From Deferrisomatales bacterium (GTDB lineage Bacteria; Desulfobacterota; Deferrisomatia; Deferrisomatales; JACRMM01): a stretch of DNA of 64,000 nucleotides. The notes under the pieces are model-generated. The model saw nothing but the letters and a program-made list of their open reading frames with translations, was not told where the DNA came from and did no database searches. How positions within the stretch are numbered: position 1 is the first letter of the stretch; each line of letters starts with the position of its first letter. Below, in pieces: positions 18,351 through 28,567 of the stretch. The translations under genes were made by a program, and so were the position numbers. The DNA is taken from the NCBI GenBank assembly GCA_033551855.1, contig JAWSUI010000011.1, positions 20,972 through 84,971 of the forward strand, written 5' to 3'.

Positions 18351-19315
18351 TGGCCCGGCGTCTCGATCCCCAACTCGCCCTGGACCCTGCAGGGGCGCAC
18401 ACCTATCCCCTGGCGGACCGCCCGAGCAAGGTGCGGGTAGAGGATTTTCGGCCGCCTTTCCGCCCCGGCGGGACCTTTGCGGAGTTTCTGCAGAGCCTTC
18501 CGCCGTTCCTACAGGCCGAGGACCTTCGCGCCGTGGCCTGCGCCGTCGCCCGGGCCCATCGGCAAGGGAGGGTGGTCGCGCTGGGGCTTGGGGCCCACAA
18601 CCTGAAGGTGGGACTGCAGCCCTTGTACTCCGACCTCATGGAGCGGGGGCTGGTTTCCAGTGTGGCGCTCAACGGCGCCGGGATCGTGCACGATTTCGAG
18701 CTCGCCTTCGGGGGGCACTCCTCCGAGGACGTGGCCGCCCAGTTGGGGGACGGACGGTTCGGCATGGCCCGCGAGACGGGACAGTGGTTGAACCGGGTGG
18801 TGCGGGAGGGCCACCGGCGCGGCCAGGGTCTGGGGCGCGCGGTGGGGGAGGCGATCTGGGAGGAAGGACTCCCGTTCCGGGAACGAAGCCTGCTGGCGGC
18901 GGCGTATCGCCAGGGCGTGGTGGCGACCGTACACGTGGCACTCGGCACCGATATCGTGCATATGCACCCGGAGGCGGACGGCGAGTCCATCGGTGGGGCC
19001 AGCCTGCGGGACTTCCACCGATTCTGCGCCGTGGTGCGCGAGTTGGAGGGGGGCGTGTACCTGAACGTGGGTAGTGCGGTGATCCTGCCAGAGGTGTTCC
19101 TCAAGGCCATTACCCTGGTACGCAATCTGGGGTACGAGGTGCGCCATTTCACCACGGCCAACCTAGACTTCCTGCGGCAGTACCGTCCGAGTGCCAACGT
19201 CGTGGGCCGGCCTACCGGGGGAGGGGGTAGGGGCTACCACCTCACGGGCCCCCACGAGATCCTGGTACCGCTCGTCTTCGCGTGCGTCCTGGAGGAGCTG
19301 GCGCAGGATGCGTGA
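18350..19315 (+). CDS. Deoxyhypusine-synthase-like (DHS-like NAD/FAD-binding fold) protein
   Basis: ATG overlaps the gmhA stop (TGATG). The assignment rests only on remembered resemblance (..LGLGAHNLK.GL......L...G.V..VALNGAGIVHDFE...). Confidence 0.45.
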   Translation: MARRLDPQLALDPAGAHTYPLADRPSKVRVEDFRPPFRPGGTFAEFLQSLPPFLQAEDLRAVACAVARAHRQGRVVALGLGAHNLKVGLQPLYSDLMERGLVSSVALNGAGIVHDFELAFGGHSSEDVAAQLGDGRFGMARETGQWLNRVVREGHRRGQGLGRAVGEAIWEEGLPFRERSLLAAAYRQGVVATVHVALGTDIVHMHPEADGESIGGASLRDFHRFCAVVRELEGGVYLNVGSAVILPEVFLKAITLVRNLGYEVRHFTTANLDFLRQYRPSANVVGRPTGGGGRGYHLTGPHEILVPLVFACVLEELAQDA

Positions 19316-19970
19316 GGCCTACCCCGTCTTTCTGCAGCTTCGGGGGCTCCGCTGCGTGGTGGTCGGGGGGGGGCGGGTGGCGACCCGCAAGGTCGGGGGG
19401 CTTCTCGCCGTCGGCGCCCGTGTGACCGTGGTCGCGCCGGAGGCGTCGCCCGAGGTCCAGGGCTGGGCGCGGGAGGGGCGGGTGGCGTGGGAGCGCCGTC
19501 CCTTCCGGCCGGAACACCTGGAGGGCGCGGCACTGGTCTTCGCGGCAACGTCGGACCGGGAGGTGAACGGGCGCGTGGCGGCCGAGTCCGCAGCTCGCGG
19601 CGTCTGGGTCAACGTCGCCGACGACGCGGAGGCGAGCGGCTTCCACGTGCCGGCCGTGCTGCGCCGGGGACGCCTCGCGGTGGCCGTGGGGACGGGAGGC
19701 GCGTCACCTGCCCTGGCGGCCTGGGTGAGGGACCGCATCGGGGAGCTCCTGCCCGCCGGCCTGGAGCCCCTGGTGGAGTTGGCCGCCGCGGTGCGACGCG
19801 AGGGGGCGGACCCGGAGGGGCGCCGGGTGCGGGAGCTCATCGACGCGGGGGTCCTGGAGGACCTGGCGAGGGGGGACCGGGCAGAGGCCCAGAGGAAGGC
19901 GGCCCGGGCGTGCGGCGGGGAAGAACACGGCGGGGAGCCGGCCCAAGCCCCCTCTGCGGAGGCGAGATGA
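19308..19970 (+). CDS. sirC: Precorrin-2 dehydrogenase / sirohydrochlorin ferrochelatase (SirC / CysG N-terminal type)
   Basis: YPVFL.L.G..CVVVGGG.VA.RK NAD-binding motif and ...VNV.D.......F..PA..RRG.L.VAV.T.G.SPALA. Confidence 0.8.
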   Translation: MREAYPVFLQLRGLRCVVVGGGRVATRKVGGLLAVGARVTVVAPEASPEVQGWAREGRVAWERRPFRPEHLEGAALVFAATSDREVNGRVAAESAARGVWVNVADDAEASGFHVPAVLRRGRLAVAVGTGGASPALAAWVRDRIGELLPAGLEPLVELAAAVRREGADPEGRRVRELIDAGVLEDLARGDRAEAQRKAARACGGEEHGGEPAQAPSAEAR

Positions 19971-20812
19971 ACGTCTGGATTCTCAAGCTCGCGGTCGTGG
20001 TGTACCTGGTCGCGACGGGGCTGCACCTGGGGTACCTGGTGAGCCTCAAGCAGCTCGTGCGCCGATGGGCGGCCTGGACCACCTGGGGGGCCTTCGGGGT
20101 GCACACCCTGGGGGTCGTGGTCCGCTACTTCGAGGCGGGGTACACGCCCGTTACGAGCCTCCACGAGGCCATGAGTTTCTTCGCGTGGTGCGTCGTGGGG
20201 CTGTACCTGGTGCTCCAGTTGCGGTTCGACCTGCCCAGCCTGGGCGCCTTCGTCAGCCCGATCGCGCTCACCTTCGTGCTGGCGGCGGTGAGCCTGCCGT
20301 CCCAGGTCGAGCCGCTCCCGCCGGCGCTCGATTCCTACTGGCTGCCCATCCACGTGGTGCTGATCTTCGTGGGGGACGGAGCGTTCGCCCTGGCAGCGGC
20401 TGCCGGGGTGATGTATCTGATCCAGGAGCGCCAGCTCAAGAACAAGAAGCGGATGGGAGCGCTCTTCCACCGGCTCCCCAACCTCGACGTCCTCGATCAG
20501 CTCAACTACCTGTGCCTCACGATCGGATTCCCGCTGCTGACCGTGGGGATCATCACCGGAGCGATCTGGGCCCAGCAGGCCTGGGGGACCTACTGGAGTT
20601 GGGATCCCAAGGAGACCTGGTCCCTCATCACCTGGTTTCTGTACGCGGCGCTCCTCCACGGCCGGCTCACGGTGGGGTGGCGGGGGCGGCGGGCGGCCAT
20701 CTGGGCCCTGATTGGGTTTGCCTCGGTGCTCTTCACGTTCCTGGGCGTCAACTTCGTGCTCCCGAGAATCTTCCCGAGTCTCGAGAGCCTCCACATCTAC
20801 TACACGGGCTGA
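19967..20812 (+). CDS. CcsA-family cytochrome c assembly protein (HemX-like, haem-operon associated)
   Basis: ATGA overlap with sirC. Eight hydrophobic helices and the Trp-rich motif WAQQAWGTYWSWDPKETWSLITW. Confidence 0.8.
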   Translation: MNVWILKLAVVVYLVATGLHLGYLVSLKQLVRRWAAWTTWGAFGVHTLGVVVRYFEAGYTPVTSLHEAMSFFAWCVVGLYLVLQLRFDLPSLGAFVSPIALTFVLAAVSLPSQVEPLPPALDSYWLPIHVVLIFVGDGAFALAAAAGVMYLIQERQLKNKKRMGALFHRLPNLDVLDQLNYLCLTIGFPLLTVGIITGAIWAQQAWGTYWSWDPKETWSLITWFLYAALLHGRLTVGWRGRRAAIWALIGFASVLFTFLGVNFVLPRIFPSLESLHIYYTG

Positions 20813-20829
20813 GGGGAACGGGCTCTCCC

Positions 20830-22119
20830 ATGGAGATCGTGGTCGTCGGCCTGAGCCACAAGAGCGCCCCGGTGGAGTTCCGGGAGAAGGTCGCCTTCGC
20901 GGGGGACTGTCTGCACGAGGCGCTCCGTGGCGTGCGCGATGTCCCGGCGGTCCGGGAGGCGGTGATCCTGTCCACCTGCAACCGGGTGGAGATCTACGCC
21001 GCCGCCCGCCACCGGGACGAGGGGGTCGAGGGGCTGTGCCGCTTCATGGCCGACTACCATCGGGTTCCCGACCCGGACCTGCGTCCGCACCTCTACGTGT
21101 ACGCCGGAGCGGACGCCGTGCGGCACGTGTTCCGCGTGGCGTCGAGCCTGGACTCCATGGTGGTGGGGGAGCCCCAGATCCTGGGCCAGGTGAAGGACGC
21201 CTACGAGGCGGCCGCCGAGGGCGCCGCCACCGGCCTCGTGCTCAACCGCTTCCTGCACAAGGCCTTCAGCGCCGCCAAGAGGGTGCGGACCGAGACGCGG
21301 ATCGCCCAGTCGGCGGTCTCGATCTCCTTCGCTGCGGTCGAGTTGGCGCGCAAGATCTTCGGTAGCCTCGAGGGCAAGCACGTGCTGGTGGTCGGGGCCG
21401 GCGAGATGTGCGAGCTCGCGGCCACCCACCTGATGGAAAACGGGGTCACGGGGGTGCAGGTGACCAACCGAACCCTGGCCCGGGCCGAGGCCCTGGCGGA
21501 GAAGCTCCGGGGGCGGGCCGTTCCCTTCGAGCAGTTCCGCGCACACCTCCACGAGGTGGACATCGTCATCTCCTCCACCGGAGCCCCTCACCTCGTGGTG
21601 GATGTGGAAGACGTGCGCTCGGCGATGAAGGAGCGCCGGCAGAAGCCCATGTTCCTCATCGACATCGCGGTCCCTCGGGACATCGACCCGCGGATCAACG
21701 ACCTGCCCAACGTGTACCTGTACGACGTGGACGACCTCCAGGGCGTGGTCGACGCGAACAAGAAGGAGCGGGCCAAGGAGGCCGAGAAGGCCGAGCAGGT
21801 GGTGGCGGAGGAGGTGGCCGCCTTCCTCTCGTGGCTGAAGACACTGGAGGTCGCGCCGACCATCCGGGATCTCCGCGAGCGTTTCGACGCCATCCGCCGG
21901 TCGGAGCTGGAGAAGACCCTCAAGGCCTTCGGGGAGGGTCTCACCGAGAAGCAGCGCAGGAGCCTGGAGGCCATGGGCCAGGCCATCGTGAACAAGATTC
22001 TCCACGAGCCGAGCATGTACCTGAAGCGGCAGGCCGACGATGCGGCGTTGGAGGGGTCGGTCGAGACCGTCCGACAGCTCTTCGGCCTGGGGGATCCCCA
22101 CCGTGAGGATGTGACGTGA
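20830..22119 (+). CDS. hemA: Glutamyl-tRNA reductase
   Basis: VGLSHK.AP...RE......ILSTCNR.E.Y...[18 protein letters not shown]. Full length, 429 aa. Confidence 0.95.
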   Translation: MEIVVVGLSHKSAPVEFREKVAFAGDCLHEALRGVRDVPAVREAVILSTCNRVEIYAAARHRDEGVEGLCRFMADYHRVPDPDLRPHLYVYAGADAVRHVFRVASSLDSMVVGEPQILGQVKDAYEAAAEGAATGLVLNRFLHKAFSAAKRVRTETRIAQSAVSISFAAVELARKIFGSLEGKHVLVVGAGEMCELAATHLMENGVTGVQVTNRTLARAEALAEKLRGRAVPFEQFRAHLHEVDIVISSTGAPHLVVDVEDVRSAMKERRQKPMFLIDIAVPRDIDPRINDLPNVYLYDVDDLQGVVDANKKERAKEAEKAEQVVAEEVAAFLSWLKTLEVAPTIRDLRERFDAIRRSELEKTLKAFGEGLTEKQRRSLEAMGQAIVNKILHEPSMYLKRQADDAALEGSVETVRQLFGLGDPHREDVT

Positions 22120-23063
22120 AGACGCTCAAGATCGCGACCCGCAAGAGCCAGCTCGCCCTGTGGCAGGCCAATTGGGTGAAGGGGGAGCTCGAGCGGCGCA
22201 ACCCGGACCTCCGGGTCGAGCTCGTGCTGATCATGACCAAGGGCGACAAGATCCTGGACGTGCCCCTGGCCCAAGTGGGGGGAAAGGGGCTCTTCGTGAA
22301 GGAGATCGAAGACGCCCTCCTGGATGGGCGTGCGGACCTGGCGGTGCACTCCATGAAGGACGTTCCCACCGAGCTTCCCCCGGGCCTGCACCTGCCCGTG
22401 GTCTGCGAGCGGGAAGACCCCCGTGACGCCTGGTTCGCGAGGGGAGGCAAGCCCTTCCGGGATATCCCGGAAGGAGCCCGGGTCGGAACCTCGAGCCTGC
22501 GCCGGCAAACCCAGTTGCGGGCCCTTCGCCCCGACCTGGTGTTCGAGAATCTGCGGGGCAACGTGGACACCCGGCTCCGGAAGTTGGAGGAGGGTCAGTA
22601 TGACGCCATCGTCCTGGCGGCCGCGGGGGTGAAGCGGCTCGGTTTCTCGGGCCGGGTGACCGAGTACCTGGCCGCCGAGGTGGTACTCCCCGCCATCGGG
22701 CAGGGCGCCGTGGGGATCGAGTGCCGGCGGGCGGACCCTGCCACCAACGCCCTGGTCGAGCCCCTGCGCCATGGCGCCACCTGGACTGCGGTGCTGGCGG
22801 AGCGTGCCTTTCTCCGCACTTTGCAGGGCGGGTGCCAGGTGCCCATCGCCGCTTTCGCCGAGCTGCACGGCGGGCAGGTTCACCTGAGGGGGCTGGTGGG
22901 TAGCCTGGACGGACGGACGGTGATCCGGGGATCCCGCCAGGGGACCCCGGTGGATGCCGAGCCGCTGGGTGTCGGTCTGGCAGAGGAGCTCCTGGACCGG
23001 GGGGCGCGGGAGATCCTGGAGGAGGTCTACCAGTGCGAGGCGGCGAGCCCCCAGGAGACCTGA
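22116..23063 (+). CDS. hemC: Hydroxymethylbilane synthase (porphobilinogen deaminase)
   Basis: [16 protein letters not shown]...L......IMTKGD...D.PL...[24 protein letters not shown] and C-terminal ...[13 protein letters not shown]. Confidence 0.95.
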   Translation: MKTLKIATRKSQLALWQANWVKGELERRNPDLRVELVLIMTKGDKILDVPLAQVGGKGLFVKEIEDALLDGRADLAVHSMKDVPTELPPGLHLPVVCEREDPRDAWFARGGKPFRDIPEGARVGTSSLRRQTQLRALRPDLVFENLRGNVDTRLRKLEEGQYDAIVLAAAGVKRLGFSGRVTEYLAAEVVLPAIGQGAVGIECRRADPATNALVEPLRHGATWTAVLAERAFLRTLQGGCQVPIAAFAELHGGQVHLRGLVGSLDGRTVIRGSRQGTPVDAEPLGVGLAEELLDRGAREILEEVYQCEAASPQET

Positions 23064-24649
23064 TGCTGTCCAGGAGGGGGTTCGTTTACTTGGTGGGGGC
23101 GGGCCCGGGGGACCCCGGGCTGGTCACCCTCAGGGCCCGTGAGGTCTTGGCCCGGGCGGACGCGGTCATCGCGGACCACCTCGTGCACCCGGAGGTCCTG
23201 GGTTGGGCCCCCCGGGGGGCCGAGGTCGTCGTGATGGGCAAGGTGGGGAACCTCCATCGGCACCCCCAGCACGAGATCACCCGCGCGATCGTCGAGCGGG
23301 CCCTGCGGGGTCTGGTGGTGGTGCGCCTGAAGGGGGGCGATCCCGGGATCTTCGGGCGTCTGGGAGAGGAGGCCGAGGCGGTGGTGGACGCCGGCATCGA
23401 CCTCGAGATCGTCCCGGGTGTCACCGCCGCCTCCGGGGCGTCGGCTTACGCAGGGATCCCCCTGACCCATCGGGACTGTGCCCCGTCGGTGAGCCTCGTC
23501 ACGGGCCACCGAAGGAACGACGGGGGCAGCGGGCCGGAGATCGACTGGGAGGCGCTGGGGAAGGCCTCGGGTACCCTGGTCGTCTACATGGGCACCCGGC
23601 AGCTCGACGGGTTGACCCATCGCCTCCGGCGGGCGGGCAGGCCAGCGGACACTCCCGTGGCGGTTGTCCGGCGCGCCACCTGGCCGGACCAGCAGGTGGT
23701 GACCGGAACCCTGTCGGATATCGCGGAGCGGGTGCGGCAGCAGGGGGTCGAGGCCCCGGCGGTGGCGATCATCGGAGAGGTGGTTCGCCTGCGGGAAAAG
23801 CTCTCGTGGCTCGAGCGCCGTGCCCTTCGGGGGAAGCGGGTCCTCGTGACCCGGGCGGCCCACCAGGCGGCAGAGCTGTCCTGCCTGCTGCGCGCGGCAC
23901 GCGCCGTGCCGGTGGAGCTGCCGCTGATCGAGCTGCGGCCCTGCGGCCATCGAAGCGGGGTCGAAGCGGCCCTTCGGGCACTCTTCGCCTACGACTGGGT
24001 CGTGTTCACCTCGGGGAATGCGGTGGACTTCACCTTCCGCAGGCTCGAAGAGCTAGGCTTGGACGCCCGCACCTTTGGCGCAGCCCGGGTCTGCGCCGTC
24101 GGACCGGCTACGGCCGACGCGCTCCGGCGGCAGGGCATTCGTGCCGACGTGGTCCCTCCCGAGTACGTGGGAGAGTCCCTGGTGGAAGCCCTGTCCTCCG
24201 CCGGAGACCTGAAGGGCGCCTCCGTGCTCATCCCCCGGGCCAAGGAGGCCAGGGAGGTCGTCGCCCAGGGTCTCGAGGAACGGGGTGCCCGGGTGGAGGT
24301 CCTCCCGATGTACGAGAACGTCCGGCCCGCGAGCTTTCCGGAAGAGGGCTTGTCGGCGTTGCGGACGGGCGCCCTGGACGCGGTGACGCTGGCGTCGGGA
24401 TCGGCGGCGCGCAGCTTTGCGGCCTTGTGTCGAGAGCTCGGCCTCGACCCCGCCGGTCTCCCGTGTGTGGTGATCGGCCCGGCGACCCGGAAGGCGGCCC
24501 TCGCGGAGGGTCTCGCGGTGACGGCGATGCCCTCCGAATACACCCTCCAGGGCTTGGTCGGGGCCCTGGAGGCGTTCTTCACACCCTCCGACGGGACGCT
24601 CCCGGGGGAGGCCGCCCCCCTGCCGCCCCGCGACACTGCTCACCCGTAG
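23063..24649 (+). CDS. cobA-hemD: Fused uroporphyrinogen-III C-methyltransferase / uroporphyrinogen-III synthase
   Basis: The N-terminal half carries VYLVGAGPGDPGL.T.RA and GGDP.IFGR (SUMT motifs). The C-terminal half is HemD-like (...RVLVTRA..QA..L...L...GA......PLIE...). Confidence 0.9.
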   Translation: MLSRRGFVYLVGAGPGDPGLVTLRAREVLARADAVIADHLVHPEVLGWAPRGAEVVVMGKVGNLHRHPQHEITRAIVERALRGLVVVRLKGGDPGIFGRLGEEAEAVVDAGIDLEIVPGVTAASGASAYAGIPLTHRDCAPSVSLVTGHRRNDGGSGPEIDWEALGKASGTLVVYMGTRQLDGLTHRLRRAGRPADTPVAVVRRATWPDQQVVTGTLSDIAERVRQQGVEAPAVAIIGEVVRLREKLSWLERRALRGKRVLVTRAAHQAAELSCLLRAARAVPVELPLIELRPCGHRSGVEAALRALFAYDWVVFTSGNAVDFTFRRLEELGLDARTFGAARVCAVGPATADALRRQGIRADVVPPEYVGESLVEALSSAGDLKGASVLIPRAKEAREVVAQGLEERGARVEVLPMYENVRPASFPEEGLSALRTGALDAVTLASGSAARSFAALCRELGLDPAGLPCVVIGPATRKAALAEGLAVTAMPSEYTLQGLVGALEAFFTPSDGTLPGEAAPLPPRDTAHP

Positions 24650-24664
24650 CCCGCCGGAGACCAG

Positions 24665-25735
24665 ATGAGCCAGCCCTTTCTCCCCAAGTGGATCGCCTGG
24701 GAAACCACCCAGCGCTGCAACCTGCGGTGCGTGCACTGCCGCTGCTCCTCGGACATGGAAGCGGCGGAGGGGGATTTCACCACGTCAGAGGGGAAGAAGC
24801 TCATCGACGACATCGCCGAGGTCTCGAGCCCGGTGCTGGTGCTCTCGGGGGGAGAGCCCCTGATCCGCAAGGACATCTTCGAGATCGCCGAGTACGGGAC
24901 GGCCCGGGGTTTCCGCATGTGCATGGCCACGAACGGCAGCCTGGTGACCGACGAGGTGTGCGAGCGGATGCGGTCTGCCGACATCAAGATGGTGTCCCTG
25001 TCCCTGGACGGCCCCACGGCCGAGGTCCATGACGACTTCCGTCAGTGCCCTGGTGCATTCGCCGGGGTGGAGCGTGCGGCCGCGCTCTTCCACCGGCACG
25101 GGATCAAGTTCCTGGTCAACTCTTCGTTCACCCGGAGGAACCAGGCCCACATCGCCGAGACGTTCCGGAAGGCGAAGGCCTTGGGCGCCACAGCCTGGTA
25201 CCTGTTCATGATCGTTCCCACGGGCAGGGGTGAGGAGATCATGGCGGAGCTGATCTCCAAGGAAGACTACGAGGAGATCCTCTCCTGGCACTATCAGCAG
25301 GAGAGGAACGAGGACCAGATCCTCATGCGGCCCACCTGTGCGCCCCACTACTACCGAATCGTTCCCCAGATGGCGAAGGCGGAAGGGGTGAAGTTCGAGC
25401 GGCGCAGCCTCACCTTCTCGACCGGGGGCGGCAAGGGGTGCATCGCCGCCCAGTCCATCTGCCTGATCGACTGTTTCGGGGAGGTGAAGCCCTGTTCCTA
25501 CTTCCCCATGAGCGCGGGCAATGTGAAGAGGACACCCTTCCGGAAGATCTGGTTCGAGAGCCCGCTCTTCTCCCAGCTCCGCGACTTCAAGAGCTACAAG
25601 GGCAAATGCGGGCAGTGCGAGTTCCTCAACGTGTGCGGGGGGTGCCGGGCCCGGGCCTACGCGGTGTCGGGGGACTACCTGGAGGAGGAACCCTTCTGTA
25701 ACTATGTACCGGTGCGCCTCTCGCGGAACGGGTGA
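24665..25735 (+). CDS. Radical SAM / SPASM-domain protein of the AhbD / AhbC / NirJ family (putative haem-pathway decarboxylase)
   Basis: CNLRCVHC (CxxxCxxC) near the N-terminus. C-terminal auxiliary-cluster Cys pattern [18 protein letters not shown]. Sits inside the haem operon. Confidence 0.8.
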   Translation: MSQPFLPKWIAWETTQRCNLRCVHCRCSSDMEAAEGDFTTSEGKKLIDDIAEVSSPVLVLSGGEPLIRKDIFEIAEYGTARGFRMCMATNGSLVTDEVCERMRSADIKMVSLSLDGPTAEVHDDFRQCPGAFAGVERAAALFHRHGIKFLVNSSFTRRNQAHIAETFRKAKALGATAWYLFMIVPTGRGEEIMAELISKEDYEEILSWHYQQERNEDQILMRPTCAPHYYRIVPQMAKAEGVKFERRSLTFSTGGGKGCIAAQSICLIDCFGEVKPCSYFPMSAGNVKRTPFRKIWFESPLFSQLRDFKSYKGKCGQCEFLNVCGGCRARAYAVSGDYLEEEPFCNYVPVRLSRNG

Positions 25736-25986
25736 CGTGGGACGGGTCCTTCGGGCGCAGGAGCGGCCGTGGCCACTCCTTACAGAGTTTCCCATGACCT
25801 TCGGGTCACCCTGAGGGATGAAGCGCCGACCGGTCGCGGGCCGGTCGCCCTCACCCCAGGCCCCTCTCCCGGGGGGACAGGGGATTCAAGGAAGGTGAGT
25901 TGCTTTAATAGAAGTGCTGCAAGACGAGGCGCGGGGGATCCCGGCGAATGGGGCCCCCCACGGCCAACAGCCAAGCGGAGATCCCT

Positions 25987-27009
25987 ATGAGTCGAGCCGA
26001 CCGTTTCTTGAACGCCTGCCGGGGGGAGCCGGTAGACACAACCCCCGTCTGGATCATGCGGCAGGCAGGCCGCTACATGGCGGAGTACCGGGCCGTGCGG
26101 GCGAAGCACTCCTTCCTCGAGGTCTGCCACAAGCCGGAGCTCGCGTGCGAGGTGACCTTGCAGCCCATCGACCGGCTCGGGGTGGACGCCGCCATTCTCT
26201 TCTCGGACATCATGATCCCCCTGGAGGGCATGGGGTGCCGCGTGGAGTTCAACCCGGGCCCGGTCATGGAACCGATCCGTACCCGGGAGGCCGTGGATGC
26301 CCTCCGGGTGTGCGTCCCCGAGGAGGACGTCCCGTACGTCCTCGACGCCGTGCGGATGATTCGACGGGAGCTGGCCGGGAAGGTGCCGCTCATCGGGTTC
26401 TCCGGGGCCCCCTTCACCCTGGCCGCCTACATGGTCGAGGGGAAGGGCAGCCGCGACTTCGCGAACCTCAAGAGGATGATGTTCGCCGCGCCGGAGCTCT
26501 TCCACGACCTCATGACCAAGGTCTCGGATACGGTCATCGCCTACCTCAATGCCCAGGCTGCGGCCGGGGCCCAGGCGCTCCAGCTCTTCGACACCTGGGG
26601 CGGCATCCTCTCGCCCGCCGATTACGCGCGATTCGTGCTCCCCCACTCCCGCCGCATCCTCGCGAGCCTGGACCGGAGCGTCCCGGTGATCCACTTCGTC
26701 AAGGGCGCCGGGCTCATGCTCGACCTGGTCAAGCAGGCGGGGGGTGACGTCCTGGGACTGGACTGGCACATCGACCTGGCCGACGCGATCCGGGTCATCG
26801 GCCCGGAGTTCAGCGTCCAGGGCAACATGGATCCGGCCTACATGTTCGCCCCCGCCGAGATCGCCCAGGGCACCGCCCGTGAGATCGTGGAGAAGGGCAA
26901 GGCGGCCCGCGGGCATGTCTTCAACCTCGGCCACGGCATCATGCCCATGGCGGACGTGGACACAGCGCGGGCGGTCGTCGAGGCCGTGCACGAAGCCGGC
27001 GTGCGGTAG
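25987..27009 (+). CDS. hemE: Uroporphyrinogen decarboxylase
   Basis: RFL.AC.GE.VD.TPVWIMRQAGRY..EYR is the canonical N-terminus. 340 aa from ATG 25987. Confidence 0.95.
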   Translation: MSRADRFLNACRGEPVDTTPVWIMRQAGRYMAEYRAVRAKHSFLEVCHKPELACEVTLQPIDRLGVDAAILFSDIMIPLEGMGCRVEFNPGPVMEPIRTREAVDALRVCVPEEDVPYVLDAVRMIRRELAGKVPLIGFSGAPFTLAAYMVEGKGSRDFANLKRMMFAAPELFHDLMTKVSDTVIAYLNAQAAAGAQALQLFDTWGGILSPADYARFVLPHSRRILASLDRSVPVIHFVKGAGLMLDLVKQAGGDVLGLDWHIDLADAIRVIGPEFSVQGNMDPAYMFAPAEIAQGTAREIVEKGKAARGHVFNLGHGIMPMADVDTARAVVEAVHEAGVR

Positions 27010-27029
27010 GACGAGGAAGGGGGGAACCT

Positions 27030-28373
27030 GTGGGCTCGCCCGCCCCGGCCGGTCCGTCCCGCCCCCCCTTTCGCGAGGCCGTGGGGGTGTGGATCAAGGT
27101 GGCGTTGCTGAGCTTCGGCGGGCCGGCCGGGCAGATCGCGGTGATGCATCGGCTGGTGGTGGAGGAAAGGGGCTGGGTCGATGAGCGTCGGTTCCTCCAG
27201 GCCCTCAACTACACCATGGTCCTGCCCGGGCCGGAGGCCCAGCAGCTCGCCACCTACCTGGGGTGGCTGCTGCACGGGACGCGAGGGGGCCTCGTGGCAG
27301 GGACGCTGTTCGTGCTGCCGGGGTTTCTCTCGATCCTGGCTCTGAGCGTGCTCTACGCCTTTTTCCAGGAGTTGGCCCCGGTTCAGGCGCTGTTCTACGG
27401 CCTGAAGCCTGCGGTCATGGCTGTCGTGCTCGCGGCCGTGGTCCGCATCGGGAAGAACGCCCTGCGAAACCACGCGCTTCTCCTGCTCGCTGCGGGAGGG
27501 TTCATCGCCATCTTCTTCCTCGAGGTCCCGTTTCCCCTCGTCGTGCTCGGCGCGGCGCTGGCCGGCTGGGCCGGGAACCGGCGCCGCCCCGAGCTGTTCT
27601 CGGGGGCGGAGTCCCCGGCTGGCGGCGCACGCGGCCCTGATGCGTCGGTTCCCTCCCTGCGGCGGGCGCTGGTGGTCTGCCTGGTCTGGCTTCCCCTGTG
27701 GTTCGGGCCCCTCGTGCTCTTGGTGCTCGTCTTCGGCCCGGGGCACCTCTTCGTCACCCAAGGTGTGTTTTTCAGCCAGATGGCGGTGGTGACGGTCGGT
27801 GGTGCCTATGCCGTGCTGACCTACGTGGCGCAGCGGGCCGTGGAGACCTACGGGTGGCTCGCGCCGGGGGAGATGCTCGACGGCCTGGGCATGGCCGAGA
27901 CCACACCCGGGCCCCTGATCCAGGTGGTGCAGTTCGTGGCGTTCATGGGGGCCTTCCGACAGGCAGGGGAGCTCTCTCCCTTGGGGGCGGCGATCTTCTC
28001 CTCGGTCTTGGTGACCTGGGTCACGTTCGTGCCGTGTTTCCTGTGGATCTTCCTGGGCGCTCCCTACGTCGAGCGGCTGGGAAGCAATCGGGCCCTCAAT
28101 GCCGCCCTGACGGCGGTCACTGCGGCGGTGGTGGGGGTGATCCTGAACCTGGCGGTCTGGTTCGGCCTCAACGCCCTCTTCGATCACGTGATCGAGGTGC
28201 GCGGATGGGGCTTTCGCTTGTTGGTGCCGGCCTGGGAGACCCTCGACCTCCCTGCCCTGGTCATCGCCGCCGCCGCCTTTCTCGCCCTGTTCCGCTTCCG
28301 CGCGGGGCTCGCGCCGACCTTGGGGGGTTGCGCCCTGGCGGGCCTCGCGTACCGCCTGGTGCTGGCTCCGTGA
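27030..28373 (+). CDS. chrA: Chromate ion transporter ChrA (duplicated CHR domains)
   Basis: F...L.SFGGPAGQIA.M....VE.R.W..E..F...L...M.LPGP.A.Q.....G in the first half. The second half repeats the GGAYAVL.Y...... motif. Confidence 0.85.
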   Translation: MGSPAPAGPSRPPFREAVGVWIKVALLSFGGPAGQIAVMHRLVVEERGWVDERRFLQALNYTMVLPGPEAQQLATYLGWLLHGTRGGLVAGTLFVLPGFLSILALSVLYAFFQELAPVQALFYGLKPAVMAVVLAAVVRIGKNALRNHALLLLAAGGFIAIFFLEVPFPLVVLGAALAGWAGNRRRPELFSGAESPAGGARGPDASVPSLRRALVVCLVWLPLWFGPLVLLVLVFGPGHLFVTQGVFFSQMAVVTVGGAYAVLTYVAQRAVETYGWLAPGEMLDGLGMAETTPGPLIQVVQFVAFMGAFRQAGELSPLGAAIFSSVLVTWVTFVPCFLWIFLGAPYVERLGSNRALNAALTAVTAAVVGVILNLAVWFGLNALFDHVIEVRGWGFRLLVPAWETLDLPALVIAAAAFLALFRFRAGLAPTLGGCALAGLAYRLVLAP

Positions 28374-28567
28374 CCGTCTGCGGCCCGGGGTTGGCGGCCG
28401 GGCCCGGGGCACGGGGGCCCGTTGGGACACCGCTCCACACCGCCGCGGATTGCGAGGCGAAACATGGGGGCACCCGGGCTCCGCTTGCCGAGCAGGAGGG
28501 GAATCCCGGGTGCGGAGGCTCCTTGCGGCCCCCGGGTACGGGGGGAAGGGTGGATGGGGTAGCCGCC

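Noticed and set aside
25847-25890. REP-like intergenic element (GCCCTCACCCCAGGCCCCTCTCCCGGGGGGACAGGGG) that translates as LTPGPSPGG.
   Set aside because: It is a single degenerate copy in the window. It resembles common GC-rich intergenic palindromes, and the 73-aa ORF covering it (25769-25990) has no coding bias. Not enough to call a repeat family.
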